A stretch of 57,068 bases of DNA from Oscillospiraceae bacterium (GTDB lineage Bacteria > Bacillota > Clostridia > Oscillospirales > UBA929), in assembly GCA_031549605.1 (NCBI GenBank), contig JAVBPM010000051.1, positions 1-57,068 on the forward strand, read 5' to 3'. Both the position numbers and the translations under genes were made by a program. Position 1 is the first letter of the stretch; each line of letters starts with the position of its first letter. Below, in pieces: positions 36,707 to 46,323 of the stretch. The notes below the pieces were generated by a model. The model searched no databases. It was not told the origin of the DNA and saw only the letters and a list, made by a program, of their open reading frames with translations.

Positions 36707-38086
36707 TTAACCCTCCTTTGTGGTGTGTATGGCGGTCAGCAGTGCGTCGATTTGCGTCACGGCCAGCCGGTGGCACAGTGGCTCGCCGTCCATCGCAACA
36801 CCGTAGTAACCGCCCGTGCTCGACAGCAGTTGCAGTGTGTGCGTTGTGCCATCGGTAAGCGTCAGCTTGATTGTGCCGGCGGCCGTGCCCGACAGTGGCT
36901 TTTCGGTCGGCTCGGTGGTCAAATTCATGGTCTGCTCAAACAGCGCGTTGGCGTCGTTGTAGGACAGCTGCTTATCGTTTAGCGTGGTCGTCAACGCGCC
37001 GTCGGTGAGCTGGCAGCGCAGCGTGTTGGTCTGTCCGTTGAGTGCGTATTCCAGTGCGGCTGCCTGAGTCAGCTGCGCTTTCCACAGCTGTGTCTCGGCG
37101 AGGTCGGCGCACTGGATGTCGAGAAAGGTGTAGTCGCCGCCGAGGTCGATAAAGACCGTCGGCAGCCCCTGTTGCATCACATAGCGGCCGCCGGTGGCGA
37201 TTGTATCGCCGATGAGCAGCGTGGCCGACCAGCCGTCGACGTCGGTTAGCGACAGCATGTAGGGGTCGTCCAGCCCGTAGCGCGCCAAATCGGCGGGGTC
37301 GTCCTCGGCAATGCCGTCAAAATTGAGCGAGGACAACGGCGTCAACAGCTCGAGGCTGAGCATATAGTTGCCGGCCAGCCAGCGTGTCGGCGCGGTTACG
37401 GCAAAGGCGTTGCCGGTGGCGCTGTGGACGTCGGGCAGGCGTTGCAGTGTAAAGCTGCCGTTGGTGCCCCGCAGCGTGCAGGTTTGCAGCCGGCCGGAAA
37501 GGTCGCCGGCGGTTTCCGGCGGCATAAATTGCAGCGTCCGCAGCTCGAACTCGCCCTTGGCAAATTGCTGTGCGACGAGGTAGGGCAAGATGAAGACGGC
37601 GTTTTTCGACGCCTCGCGGATGTAGACGCCGTAGCCGTCGCCCGACTTGTTGCCCAGCTCCAGCGTGGCGCTGTCGCCGTCGCCGTCGTGCAGCGTCCAG
37701 GTCAGTGTCGGCGCGTCAAAGCCGTAGTCGGCCAGTTTGTCGTCGGGGACATTTTGCGCCAGTAGCGTGCAGCCCTCCAGGCTCGAGGCGGCCTCAAATG
37801 ACGCCAGCAACAGCTCGCTGTCGTAAGCAAAGCCGGTGCGCTGCGGAGACAGCGCGACCGTTGATTCGCCGTCGGCGTCGTACTGGCGGGTGATGGTGTA
37901 GGTGGTGCCGCGCGCGGTATAGTCGATGGCGGTGATGTCGTTGTCGTGCAGCTCAAGCGGGGACGCCTCGACGGCGGCAGAAGGCACGGGAGTGTTGGCG
38001 GGGCTTGACTTGAACATGGTGAGCAGTAGCAGCAGGCCGGCCAGTAACGCCAGTACCAGCAGTCCCGTTTTAATGTTCTTGCCCAT
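36707..38086 (-). CDS. DUF4340-domain membrane-anchored protein
   Basis: N-terminal TM helix; repeated LA.YG.D.P...L.......L.IG motif; in a Gld-like ABC operon. Confidence 0.75.
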   Translation of the reverse strand: MGKNIKTGLLVLALLAGLLLLLTMFKSSPANTPVPSAAVEASPLELHDNDITAIDYTARGTTYTITRQYDADGESTVALSPQRTGFAYDSELLLASFEAASSLEGCTLLAQNVPDDKLADYGFDAPTLTWTLHDGDGDSATLELGNKSGDGYGVYIREASKNAVFILPYLVAQQFAKGEFELRTLQFMPPETAGDLSGRLQTCTLRGTNGSFTLQRLPDVHSATGNAFAVTAPTRWLAGNYMLSLELLTPLSSLNFDGIAEDDPADLARYGLDDPYMLSLTDVDGWSATLLIGDTIATGGRYVMQQGLPTVFIDLGGDYTFLDIQCADLAETQLWKAQLTQAAALEYALNGQTNTLRCQLTDGALTTTLNDKQLSYNDANALFEQTMNLTTEPTEKPLSGTAAGTIKLTLTDGTTHTLQLLSSTGGYYGVAMDGEPLCHRLAVTQIDALLTAIHTTKEG

Positions 38087-38089
38087 GAC

Positions 38090-39544
38090 CTAGCGGTGGC
38101 GGCGGCGCAGCGTCACAACGGCGCCGACCAGCAGCAGCAACGCCGGAAGCGACAGCAGCAGAACCCAAATCAGCTCTTTGTTGTCGGTGACCAGTGGCGG
38201 GTCGGACAGCGTTTTGGCCGGCACCGACAGCCCGACGCCGGGCGGCGACAGATAGCTGATGATGTGGGTCATCATTCGCTCGTTTGCGCCCGTGGTGTTG
38301 CCCGAGACGGCGGCCAGCGTGGCCGGCAGCAATGCGAGGTCGGCCTGCGAGCTTTGGCCGTTGGCGCTGTTGTACTGGCGCATCAGCGCGCCGACGACAA
38401 AGGGTCCGGCCACATCGCTCGTCTGGTCAAAGGCGTTGTCAAGGTCGCGCGACTGGCTGGTGGCCGATGAGTTCATCAGCGCAATGACAGCGCGGTTTTC
38501 TTTCTCGCCGCTGTTCCACAGCAACTCGAGCGGCGGCACGACCGATAGGATGACACGGTCGCTGTTTTGGTTGGTCATGTTGCCAAAAATCTTGTCTTCA
38601 ACGATGGTGGGGACAAAGACATAGGATTGGTCGAACTGGGTGTCGAGCACCTGCCGGTAGGCGACGTCAACGCCCCAGTCGTTGAGCCAGCCGTTGAGGT
38701 TGGGTAGCTTGGTGCCGTCGGCCATGGTGAACAGCAGGCCGTTGTGGTTGCTGTTGGTGCGGGCGAAGTGGTCGGTCAGCTTGGCCAGCTCGGTCGGCGC
38801 ATAGTCGGTGGCCGGCGCCGGCATGACAACCAGGTCGATGTCACCCTCCAGCTCATCGGTGCGCAGGTCGACGTCAACGACGTCGTAGTTGGCGCGCAGC
38901 AGCAGCGAGCGCACGTCCTGCTCCAGTTGATGCAGCTCGCTATTGTCGGTTGTCGCGCCGGCGTGGCCGGTGAGCAGTGCGGCGCGCGCGCTCTTTTCAC
39001 TGAGCACATAGATCATGGCCGAGTCGATGGCCGCTTCGCTGATGACGGTGATGTCGGTTGCCTGCACGGTGGCCGAATCGTCGTCAAGCTCGGGCATGAC
39101 AAACAAATCGCCCTTGTAAATGACCTTGAATTTGCCGCTCTCGGGGTTGGTGACCACGATGCAGCCCTTGTCGGTGTACGGGTACACCGCGCGGCAGTCC
39201 TCGACAAATGACGGGTCGAGGTCGGGGTCGACGTACCTGACGCTGACGCGGCCGTCGCTGTAGGCGACATAGCGCTTGAGCTGCTCGTAGTAGACGAGCG
39301 ACAGGCTGTCGCCCTGCATCTCGGACTCGGGCATCAGCACGGTGATTTCAATGCGTGACGGCTCACGGTTAAGGTACTCCTGCGTCTCGCCCGACAGCTC
39401 GTAGCGCTGGTCGGCGGTGAGGTCGAATTGCAGGCCGAAGGCGTCGGAAATGCTATTGGCAATCAGGTTGACCAGCAGCAGTGCGGCGATGAAGATGGCG
39501 GCGTAGACAGCCGTCTGTACGGAAAATTTCAGCTTGTTACTCAT
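38090..39544 (-). CDS. GldG-like ABC transporter auxiliary component
   Basis: DLT....Y.LS.ET, V.YVDP...P, L.GH, P..D....EL..L; TM helices at both ends; start MSNKLKF. Confidence 0.8.
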   Translation of the reverse strand: MSNKLKFSVQTAVYAAIFIAALLLVNLIANSISDAFGLQFDLTADQRYELSGETQEYLNREPSRIEITVLMPESEMQGDSLSLVYYEQLKRYVAYSDGRVSVRYVDPDLDPSFVEDCRAVYPYTDKGCIVVTNPESGKFKVIYKGDLFVMPELDDDSATVQATDITVISEAAIDSAMIYVLSEKSARAALLTGHAGATTDNSELHQLEQDVRSLLLRANYDVVDVDLRTDELEGDIDLVVMPAPATDYAPTELAKLTDHFARTNSNHNGLLFTMADGTKLPNLNGWLNDWGVDVAYRQVLDTQFDQSYVFVPTIVEDKIFGNMTNQNSDRVILSVVPPLELLWNSGEKENRAVIALMNSSATSQSRDLDNAFDQTSDVAGPFVVGALMRQYNSANGQSSQADLALLPATLAAVSGNTTGANERMMTHIISYLSPPGVGLSVPAKTLSDPPLVTDNKELIWVLLLSLPALLLLVGAVVTLRRRHR

Positions 39545-39555
39545 GGTCGCACCGC

Positions 39556-40269
39556 CTAATTCCAGCGTTTCTTTTCCAGCGCGCGGGCGCTGAAAAAGAG
39601 AAACAGAGCGCAGGCCGACAGGTAGAAGACGAGGTCGGACAACGAAAAGATGCCGCGCGCAAAGAGGTCGTAGCGGCGAAAGAGCGACAGTGCGGCGACA
39701 ACGCCGTTGGCGCTGTGCAAAAAGCCGGAGGTGGCGTTGGCGGTGACGGTGTCGATGAGGTAGAGCACGAGCAGCAGCCCCAGCGTTGACAGCGCGGCCA
39801 CCAGTTGATTTTGCGTCAGCGCTGACATGCAGGTGCCGATGCTGATAAAGGCGGCGCCGGCACAAATCAGCGCCAGATAGCTGCTGATGAGGGCGGCTTG
39901 GTTGAGCACACCGGCGCTGGCGACAATCAGCGGCCATACCAGCGTCAGCAGCAGCGCCAGCAGGTAGATGGAGAACGCGGCCAGAAACTTGCCCAGCACC
40001 AGATCGATGACACGCACCGGCGCGGTGAGCAGCAGGCGGTCGGTTTTTTGCTTATACTCCTCGGCAAAGAGGCGCATGGTCAGCAGCGGTGTGGTGAACA
40101 TGAGTAGCGTAATGACAAAGGAGAAGGTGTAGGCCAAATCGGAACTGTTTTGGGCGATGTTGTTGCTGAGAAAGCTGAGTGAGCCGGTCAGCAAAAAAGC
40201 GGCTAGGTAAATGTAGCCGAGCGGGGTGGTGAAATAGCTGCGCAGGTCGCGGCGAAAAACAGCGTTCAT
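39556..40269 (-). CDS. ABC-2 type permease (GldF-like)
   Basis: R.LRSYF.TP.GY, P.LTMR.FAEE..Q.T..LLLT.P, VLGKF, S.LT.NQ.VA. Confidence 0.9.
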   Translation of the reverse strand: MNAVFRRDLRSYFTTPLGYIYLAAFLLTGSLSFLSNNIAQNSSDLAYTFSFVITLLMFTTPLLTMRLFAEEYKQKTDRLLLTAPVRVIDLVLGKFLAAFSIYLLALLLTLVWPLIVASAGVLNQAALISSYLALICAGAAFISIGTCMSALTQNQLVAALSTLGLLLVLYLIDTVTANATSGFLHSANGVVAALSLFRRYDLFARGIFSLSDLVFYLSACALFLFFSARALEKKRWN

Positions 40270-41210
40270 AGTGCTTGGCCTCCTTCCTCGCCGCCGATGA
40301 GACGCACAAATACGTCCTCAAGTGTGCTGTTTTCGGCGGTTAGCTTGAGAATGGGCAAATTGGCCTTGGCCAACGCATCGAACAGCGGCTTGCGCAGGTC
40401 GACGCCGGCGTCCGCCGTCACGGCGTAGTCGTTGGTGTGCGGCTCCTGTTGGTCAAGCAGCGCGCAAGCTGACACGCCGTCAAGATTTTTGAGCAGGCTG
40501 AGCGCTGTTTTGGTTGGCCCGGGCAGGCGCACGATTAGGCGCGAGCCGCCGGTTGCCAGCTCGTCGGGTCGGCCGTCAGCCACGATTTTGCCGGCGTTCA
40601 GCACCAGCACGCGTTGGCAGACGGCGCTGACCTCGGGCAGAATGTGGGTCGACAGAATGACCGTGCGCTGCTTGCCCAGCTCGCGGATGGTGGCGCGCAC
40701 CTCTTTTATTTGCAGGGGGTCAAGGCCGACGGTCGGCTCGTCGAGAATGAGCAGGTCGGGGTCGCCCAGCAGCGCCTGCGCCAGCCCTACGCGCTGTCGA
40801 TAGCCTTTGGACAGGTTGCCGATGACGCGGGTCAGCACGTCGTGCACGCCGGCCAGCTCGGCCGAGTGCGTGATGGTGCGCTTGGCGGCTTGGCCGGTGA
40901 TGCCTTTGAGGCGTGCGGCAAAAAACAGGTATTCGCGCACTGTCATTTCGGTGTAAAGCGGCGGGTGCTCGGGCAGGTAGCCGATGCGGCGCTTGGCCGC
41001 TTGCGGGTCGGTCAGCATATCAATGTCGGCAATGCTGACGCTGCCGCTGTCGGGCGAGAGATAGCCGGTCAGCAGGTTCATGGTGGTTGTTTTGCCCGCG
41101 CCGTTGGGGCCGAGAAAGCCGACAATTTCGCCGCATTCAATGGTGAAGCTGACATCGGCGATGCCGCGGCTGGCGCCGTAGCTTTTGGTCAGCTTGTCAA
41201 CGCAAATCAC
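40266..41210 (-). CDS. ABC transporter ATP-binding protein (GldA-like)
   Basis: GPNGAGKTT, LSKGYRQRVGLAQ, LILDEPT.GLDP, STH; GTG start after AGGAGG. Confidence 0.93.
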   Translation of the reverse strand: MICVDKLTKSYGASRGIADVSFTIECGEIVGFLGPNGAGKTTTMNLLTGYLSPDSGSVSIADIDMLTDPQAAKRRIGYLPEHPPLYTEMTVREYLFFAARLKGITGQAAKRTITHSAELAGVHDVLTRVIGNLSKGYRQRVGLAQALLGDPDLLILDEPTVGLDPLQIKEVRATIRELGKQRTVILSTHILPEVSAVCQRVLVLNAGKIVADGRPDELATGGSRLIVRLPGPTKTALSLLKNLDGVSACALLDQQEPHTNDYAVTADAGVDLRKPLFDALAKANLPILKLTAENSTLEDVFVRLIGGEEGGQAL

Positions 41211-41246
41211 AGAAAATTCCTCCTTTGGAGCCGTGTGTGCGGCTCT

Positions 41247-41275
41247 ATTGTATGCGCGCGCGGAAAGCTTGTCAA
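41247..41275 (-). promoter_or_regulatory. Sigma-A promoter of the ABC-mnmE operon
   Basis: Minus strand TTGACA-17 bp-TACAAT. Confidence 0.75.
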
Positions 41276-41280
41276 ATTCG

Positions 41281-41309
41281 TTTACAAACGGTGTCGTTTT
41301 TGGTATACT
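41281..41309 (+). promoter_or_regulatory. Sigma-A promoter of the NUDIX-ddh-wecC operon
   Basis: TTTACA-17 bp-TATACT with extended TG. Confidence 0.7.
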
Positions 41310-41330
41310 GACTTGAATTGGGGTGAGTGT

Positions 41331-41798
41331 GTGGACGGGTATATCAAGACTATGCGCGCCAAAATCGGGCACGAGCGACTGGTGTTTGTCGGCGCGGCGG
41401 TATTGCCGGTGCGTGGACGTCAGGTGCTGTTGCAGCGCCGCAGCGACAATGGGCTGTGGGCGGGGCACGGTGGCTGCGTTGAGGTCGGTGAGGTCGTTGA
41501 GGATGCCGCGCGGCGCGAGCTGTTGGAGGAGACGGGGCTTGTCGCCGGTCGGCTGACGTTGCTGGATGTCTTTTCCGGCGAGCCGCATTTGTATACCTAT
41601 CCCAACGGCGACGAGGTTTATGTTGTCTGCGTCGCCTATGTTTGCCGCGATTTCGAGGGTGAGCCGACGGTTGACGGCAACGAGGTGAGCCAGCTGCAAT
41701 GGTTTGACCTCGATGCGTTGCCGCAGGACGTGTTTCCGCCCGACTGTGCGATGCTGGCCAAATTGGCGCAGCTGTGGCGCGATGGTGGGTTGGACTGA
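41331..41798 (+). CDS. NUDIX hydrolase
   Basis: YI..MR..IGH, LLQRR.D.G.W, GG..E.GE....AARREL.EETGL Nudix box, YPNGD. Confidence 0.9.
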   Translation: MDGYIKTMRAKIGHERLVFVGAAVLPVRGRQVLLQRRSDNGLWAGHGGCVEVGEVVEDAARRELLEETGLVAGRLTLLDVFSGEPHLYTYPNGDEVYVVCVAYVCRDFEGEPTVDGNEVSQLQWFDLDALPQDVFPPDCAMLAKLAQLWRDGGLD

Positions 41799-41815
41799 GC
41801 GAAAAGGAGAAAAAA

Positions 41816-42787
41816 ATGAAAGTATTGCGCATTGGTATTGTGGGGTACGGAAACATTGGGCGCGGCGTGGAAAAGGCGCTGCACAACGAGCCGGACATGG
41901 AGCTGGCGGCGGTCGTTACGCGCCGCGAGCCTAAGTCGTTGTCGATTGCCACGCCGGGCGTGCCGGTTATCGGCGTTGAGGCGGCGCTGGAGCGCAAGGA
42001 TATTGATGTGATGATTTTGTGCGGCGGTTCGGCCACCGATCTGATCGAGCAGGGTCCGCAGTTTGCCGCAACATTTAACTGCGTCGACAGCTTTGACACC
42101 CATGCGCGTATTCCCGAATACTACGCGGCAGTCAACGCTGTAGCCACCAACACGACGGCTATGATTAGCTGCGGTTGGGATCCCGGCCTGTTTTCCCTGA
42201 TGCGCGTGCTGGGCGGCGCCTTTTTGCCCGTTGGCTGCGATGCCACGTTCTGGGGCGAGGGCGTTTCGCAGGGTCATTCCGATGCGTTGCGGCGCATTGA
42301 GGGCGTGGTCGACGCCACGCAGTACACCGTGCCCATTGCCGAGGCCATGAAGCTGGCGCGCGAGGGCAAGGCCGACCAGCTGGACACGCGTGACAAGCAT
42401 CGCCGGCTGTGCTATGTCGTGCTTGAGGAGGGTGCCGACGAGGTGGCGGTGCGCCGCGAAATTGTCACGATGCCCAACTATTTTGCCGACTACGAAACTG
42501 AGGTGCAGTTTGTCAGTCAGGCCGAGCTTAATGCCAACCATAAGAAGATGCCGCACGGCGGCTTTGTCTTCCGCAGCGGCCGCACCGGCACAAGCAAGCA
42601 GCTGATGGAGTTTTCGCTCAAGCTGGACAGCAATCCCGAGTTTACCGGCAGCGTGCTGGTGGCCTGCGCGCGCGCGACGGCGCGGCTGGCGCAAGCGGGA
42701 AAGTACGGTGCGGTGACGATGCTGGATGTGCCGGTGGGCGCGTTCTCGCCCTTTAACGGCGCGCAGCTGCGCGAGAATCTGCTGTAA
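41816..42787 (+). CDS. ddh: meso-diaminopimelate D-dehydrogenase
   Basis: GIVGYGNIG, CGGSATDL, DSFDTHA, GWDPGLFS, TFWG.GVSQGHSDA, MPHGG, SNPEFT. Confidence 0.96.
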   Translation: MKVLRIGIVGYGNIGRGVEKALHNEPDMELAAVVTRREPKSLSIATPGVPVIGVEAALERKDIDVMILCGGSATDLIEQGPQFAATFNCVDSFDTHARIPEYYAAVNAVATNTTAMISCGWDPGLFSLMRVLGGAFLPVGCDATFWGEGVSQGHSDALRRIEGVVDATQYTVPIAEAMKLAREGKADQLDTRDKHRRLCYVVLEEGADEVAVRREIVTMPNYFADYETEVQFVSQAELNANHKKMPHGGFVFRSGRTGTSKQLMEFSLKLDSNPEFTGSVLVACARATARLAQAGKYGAVTMLDVPVGAFSPFNGAQLRENLL

Positions 42788-42819
42788 GTTCTCGATTTGT
42801 ACGAAAGAGGGTTTTGTCT

Positions 42820-44031
42820 ATGAAGCCTGTGAATGTAATTGGTATCGGCTACATCGGGTTGCCGACCTGTTTGATGCTGGCGGCGCATGGCACCGATGTG
42901 GTGGGCACCGATCTCAACGCGCGGTTGGTCGACCGGCTCAACGGCGGTGAGCTGACCTTTGAGGAAAAAGGGTTGCCCGAGCTGTTTGAACAGGCTAAGG
43001 CCCATGTCAGCTTTTCGACCCGGTACGCCGCCACCGATTTCTATATCATCGCTGTGCCGACGCCCTATGTCAAAGAAAGCAAGAAAATTGACGCCAAGTA
43101 TGTGGTGTCGGCGGTGCAGTCGGTGCTTGCTGTCTGCGACGAGGATGCTATTATCTGCGTTGAGTCGACCATTTCGCCGGGCACGATTGACAACTTCGTG
43201 CGGCCGTTGGCAGAGCAGAGCGGCAAGCGCGTGCATTTGGTGCACACGCCTGAGCGTATTGTGCCGGGCAATATGGTGTATGAGCTGGTGCATAACAGTC
43301 GCACCATAGGCGCCGACGAGGCGGCCGCAGCCGCGCGCGTCGAAACGCTGTACAGCACCTTCTGTCAGGGCGAAATTGTCAAGACCGACATTCGTACCGC
43401 CGAGATGTCCAAGGTGGTTGAGAATACATTCCGTGATATTAACATCGCTTTTGCCAATGAGTTGTCGCGCATTTGCCATCGTGAGGGCATTGACGTGCGC
43501 GAATTGATTGCTGTCGCCAACCGCCATCCGCGCGTTGATATCCTGTCGCCGGGTCCGGGTGTGGGTGGGCACTGCATTAGTGTCGACCCCTGGTTTTTGG
43601 TCGGCGATTACCCCGACATCACGCCGGTCATTACGGCGGCGCGGCAAGTCAACGACGGCCAGCCCGCCTTTGTCATTGAGCGCGTGCGCGAGATTATGGC
43701 GGCTAAGGGCATAAGTGACTGGTCGCGTGTCGGGTTGTATGGCTTGACCTATAAGCCCAATGTCGACGACGTGCGCGAGAGCCCGGCGCTGCAGATGCTG
43801 GAATGTATGGATGAGCAAGGGCTGGAGTTGCCGGTCTGTTACGACCCGTTCGTGACCGATACGTTGTCGGCTCGTCAGGTGCATGACTTTGATGCGTTTT
43901 TGGCGGCCAGTGATTTGGTTGTCGTGCTGATGGGACACCGGCAGATTAAAGAAAAAGCCGCCCTTCTTGGCGGCAAGATCGTATTTGACACCTGTGCCGC
44001 GTTGGGCGGACAAGCGGAGTTTATGCTTTAG
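42820..44031 (+). CDS. wecC: UDP-N-acetyl-D-mannosamine dehydrogenase-like nucleotide-sugar dehydrogenase
   Basis: G.GYIGLP, VPTP, EST..PGT, PER..PG, K..ENTFRD.NIAFANE, GPGVGGHCI, YK..VDD.RESP. Confidence 0.8.
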   Translation: MKPVNVIGIGYIGLPTCLMLAAHGTDVVGTDLNARLVDRLNGGELTFEEKGLPELFEQAKAHVSFSTRYAATDFYIIAVPTPYVKESKKIDAKYVVSAVQSVLAVCDEDAIICVESTISPGTIDNFVRPLAEQSGKRVHLVHTPERIVPGNMVYELVHNSRTIGADEAAAAARVETLYSTFCQGEIVKTDIRTAEMSKVVENTFRDINIAFANELSRICHREGIDVRELIAVANRHPRVDILSPGPGVGGHCISVDPWFLVGDYPDITPVITAARQVNDGQPAFVIERVREIMAAKGISDWSRVGLYGLTYKPNVDDVRESPALQMLECMDEQGLELPVCYDPFVTDTLSARQVHDFDAFLAASDLVVVLMGHRQIKEKAALLGGKIVFDTCAALGGQAEFML

Positions 44032-44483
44032 CAATCGTTTCGCAGCGACGCAAAGAACCGCTGCAGCACGTCGGCGCACTCGTCTGCCAGTATGTCGGGC
44101 GTGACGGCCAGCTTGTGCGGCAGCGGGTATTCAAAGAGGTGCAGCACGCTGGACAGCGCGCCCGCCTTGGCGTCACGGGCGCCGTAGTAAAGGCGCGGAA
44201 TTTTGGCGTTGAAAATGGCGCCGGCGCACATGGGGCAGGGCTCAAGCGTGACATAGAGGGTGCAGTCGTCCAGCCGCCAGCGGTTGAGCGTTTGGCAGGC
44301 GGCTGTGATGGCGTTGATTTCGGCGTGGCCGACGGCGTTTTGTTCGCGTTCACGGCTGTTGCGGCCCTCGCCGACCACCGTGCCGTTGCAGACGACGACG
44401 CAGCCGACCGGCACCTCGCCCTCGGCGGCGGCCAGCTCGGCCAGCGCCAGCGCCTGACGCATATAGTGCTCGTGTTGTGTCAT
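44028..44483 (-). CDS. tadA: tRNA adenosine(34) deaminase
   Basis: EVPVG, HAE, LYVTLEPCPMCAGA, YGA.D.K.GA, L..FF..LR. Confidence 0.92.
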   Translation of the reverse strand: MTQHEHYMRQALALAELAAAEGEVPVGCVVVCNGTVVGEGRNSREREQNAVGHAEINAITAACQTLNRWRLDDCTLYVTLEPCPMCAGAIFNAKIPRLYYGARDAKAGALSSVLHLFEYPLPHKLAVTPDILADECADVLQRFFASLRNDC

Positions 44484-44959
44484 AGCGCAACACCCGCCGG
44501 TGACAGGCGTGACAGCGCGTCGTGGCGCAGCAGCAAGCGACCGTGTTCGTTGAGCAGCGCCAGATTGACGCGTGGCCACAGCGTGGAGTATTCCTGCAAC
44601 GCCAGCCACGGCTGGCCGGTCAACACCAGAATGAAAGTGTTGTTGTACTGGTAGAGGCAGGCGGGTCGCTGGGTCGCGCCCAGCGTTGTGACCGCGTCAA
44701 GCAGCGTGTCGAGGGAGTCGAAGACGTAGGCGACGCGCGGCAGTTCCAGCTGCGCCAGCACCAGAACGCCGCCGTTGCCGGCAAAGATTTCGATGCGTGT
44801 CGGGCGCGCGTGCGGCTGGCCTGTTTGCAGTAGTGCTTTATCCAGCCAGTTACGCGCCTGCACGTCGTCAAATTGTTCGTATGTAAGGCCTTGTTGTTGC
44901 AGCTCGTGCGGCTCGACGACAAGCGCCAGCGCCGCAAGGCCGTGCTGTTGAATGGTCAT
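44480..44959 (-). CDS. MecA-like ClpC adaptor (short, divergent)
   Basis: EL...G.TY, IE.F, F.SLD.LL, LY.Y...F.L.L, L.EY, L.EHG..L...DA pattern of MecA. Confidence 0.6.
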   Translation of the reverse strand: MTIQQHGLAALALVVEPHELQQQGLTYEQFDDVQARNWLDKALLQTGQPHARPTRIEIFAGNGGVLVLAQLELPRVAYVFDSLDTLLDAVTTLGATQRPACLYQYNNTFILVLTGQPWLALQEYSTLWPRVNLALLNEHGRLLLRHDALSRLSPAGVAL

Positions 44960-45039
44960 GGGCAACCCCCGCCTTTCTTTAGACAGTATAGCCGATTGAT
45001 GTCCGTTTGAAAAGTCACAAAGTTTGGAAGTGAGTGATT

Positions 45040-45624
45040 ATGGCGTTTCGTGTTGTTCGCGTGGGCCGCTGTCCCAGCACCATGGAGGTGGCGCGTGAGC
45101 TGGCCAAGGCCGGTGTCACGGGCGATACCTGTGTGGTGGCGGAGTCGCAGACGGGTGGGCGCGGCCAATTTGATCGCCGTTTTTTTTCGCCGGAGGGCGG
45201 ACTGTATGTGACGCTGCTGATACGCACCGAGCGCGCACCGCTGGAGCTGACGCACATGACGGCCTGCACCGGCGTGGTGCTGTGTGACGCCATCTGTGCA
45301 ATGACCGGCGTGCGGCCGGATATTAAGCCGGTTAATGATGTGCTGTACAAGGGTCGCAAGCTGGCGGGTATTTTGACCAACATGGTGAGTGTTGGCGACA
45401 AGGTCGACAGCTTGACCATTGGCATAGGTGTCAATATCATGGAACAGCAATGGCCGGAGGAGCTGGCCGACGTGGCCGGGTCACTGGAGGCTGCGACGGG
45501 GCAGACGATTGACCGCGAACAGTTGCTGACGCTTGTCTTATCGGGCATGGAGCAGTTGTTGGCGGCGGACGACCCCGAGCCGTGGCTGACGCGCTATGAG
45601 CGCTATCGCATAAAAGTCGACTGA
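45040..45624 (+). CDS. Biotin-protein ligase catalytic domain only
   Basis: ST, AE.QT.GRG, F.SP.GGLY, K..ND, KLAGIL, IGIGVN. Confidence 0.8.
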   Translation: MAFRVVRVGRCPSTMEVARELAKAGVTGDTCVVAESQTGGRGQFDRRFFSPEGGLYVTLLIRTERAPLELTHMTACTGVVLCDAICAMTGVRPDIKPVNDVLYKGRKLAGILTNMVSVGDKVDSLTIGIGVNIMEQQWPEELADVAGSLEAATGQTIDREQLLTLVLSGMEQLLAADDPEPWLTRYERYRIKVD

Positions 45625-45667
45625 TAGGGAAAACCTACCTGTGATTACTTGCGGGGAGGTTTTTTTG

Positions 45668-45910
45668 TTGCCGGACAGGAAGCTTTCATTTAATGACATG
45701 GCCGAGGCGGGCGCGCCCGATTTGCCGCTGGGACTGGGTATGGGGTTGGCGCAGTCGCCCAAGGCGCTGCACACCTATGCCAATCTGAGCAATGAGCGCA
45801 AGGCGGCGCTGGTGCAGTATATCCAGAACCGCCGCAACGGCGCTGAGGCGCAGCAGGTGGTGGATAGCGCCATTGAGCGGTTGGGTGCCGCCGACACAGG
45901 GTTTTTCTAA
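45668..45910 (+). CDS. Small hypothetical protein
   Basis: GGAGG RBS before TTG; LPLGLGM.LAQ.P.A...YA.L motif; start position uncertain. Confidence 0.6.
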   Translation: MPDRKLSFNDMAEAGAPDLPLGLGMGLAQSPKALHTYANLSNERKAALVQYIQNRRNGAEAQQVVDSAIERLGAADTGFF

Positions 45911-46290
45911 TGGAGGCGGTTAGGTATCCGCTGGAGTTTGTCATGGGCGGCGCCGGCTATGTGGCCATTGAGCTGCTTTACCGGCGTCGCAGCCACATCA
46001 GTATGTTTGTGGCGGGCGGACTCTGCTGTTGGCTGTTGCTGGCGCTGGCCGCCTGGCCGCTGCCCTTTGTCGCTAAGTGTTTGCTGGCCGGGCTGGGCAT
46101 TACAGCGGTCGAGTTTGTCGTCGGCTGCGTTGTTAATTTGTGGCTCAAGCTGAACGTGTGGAGTTATGCCGACCAGCCGCTTAATCTGCTGGGGCAGGTG
46201 TGCCTGCCCTACACGCTGGCGTGGTGCGGCTTGAGTGCGGCTGTGTTTTGGTTGGTGCGTGTGGCGACGGCCATTGGCAGTATGAGCTAA
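45910..46290 (+). CDS. Putative ABC transporter permease (CmpB/TMEM229-like)
   Basis: GG..Y..IELLYR..SH.SM...GG, IT..EF..G, W.Y...P.N..GQ.CL.Y. Confidence 0.8.
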   Translation: MEAVRYPLEFVMGGAGYVAIELLYRRRSHISMFVAGGLCCWLLLALAAWPLPFVAKCLLAGLGITAVEFVVGCVVNLWLKLNVWSYADQPLNLLGQVCLPYTLAWCGLSAAVFWLVRVATAIGSMS

Positions 46291-46323
46291 TGCCGTCGCC
46301 GGGCATACTATTATAATGGAGAG

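Noticed and set aside
36707-41210. Gliding motility machinery
   Set aside because: GldA/F/G-like ABC systems are widespread in non-gliding bacteria, and no gldK-N or spr genes are present
42517-44079. 520-aa antisense ORF, and similar long ones at 2418-3737, 13083-14060, 41636-42694 and 50689-51900
   Set aside because: Shadow frames opposite conserved genes, expected from high-GC codon bias; no RBS or recognisable motifs
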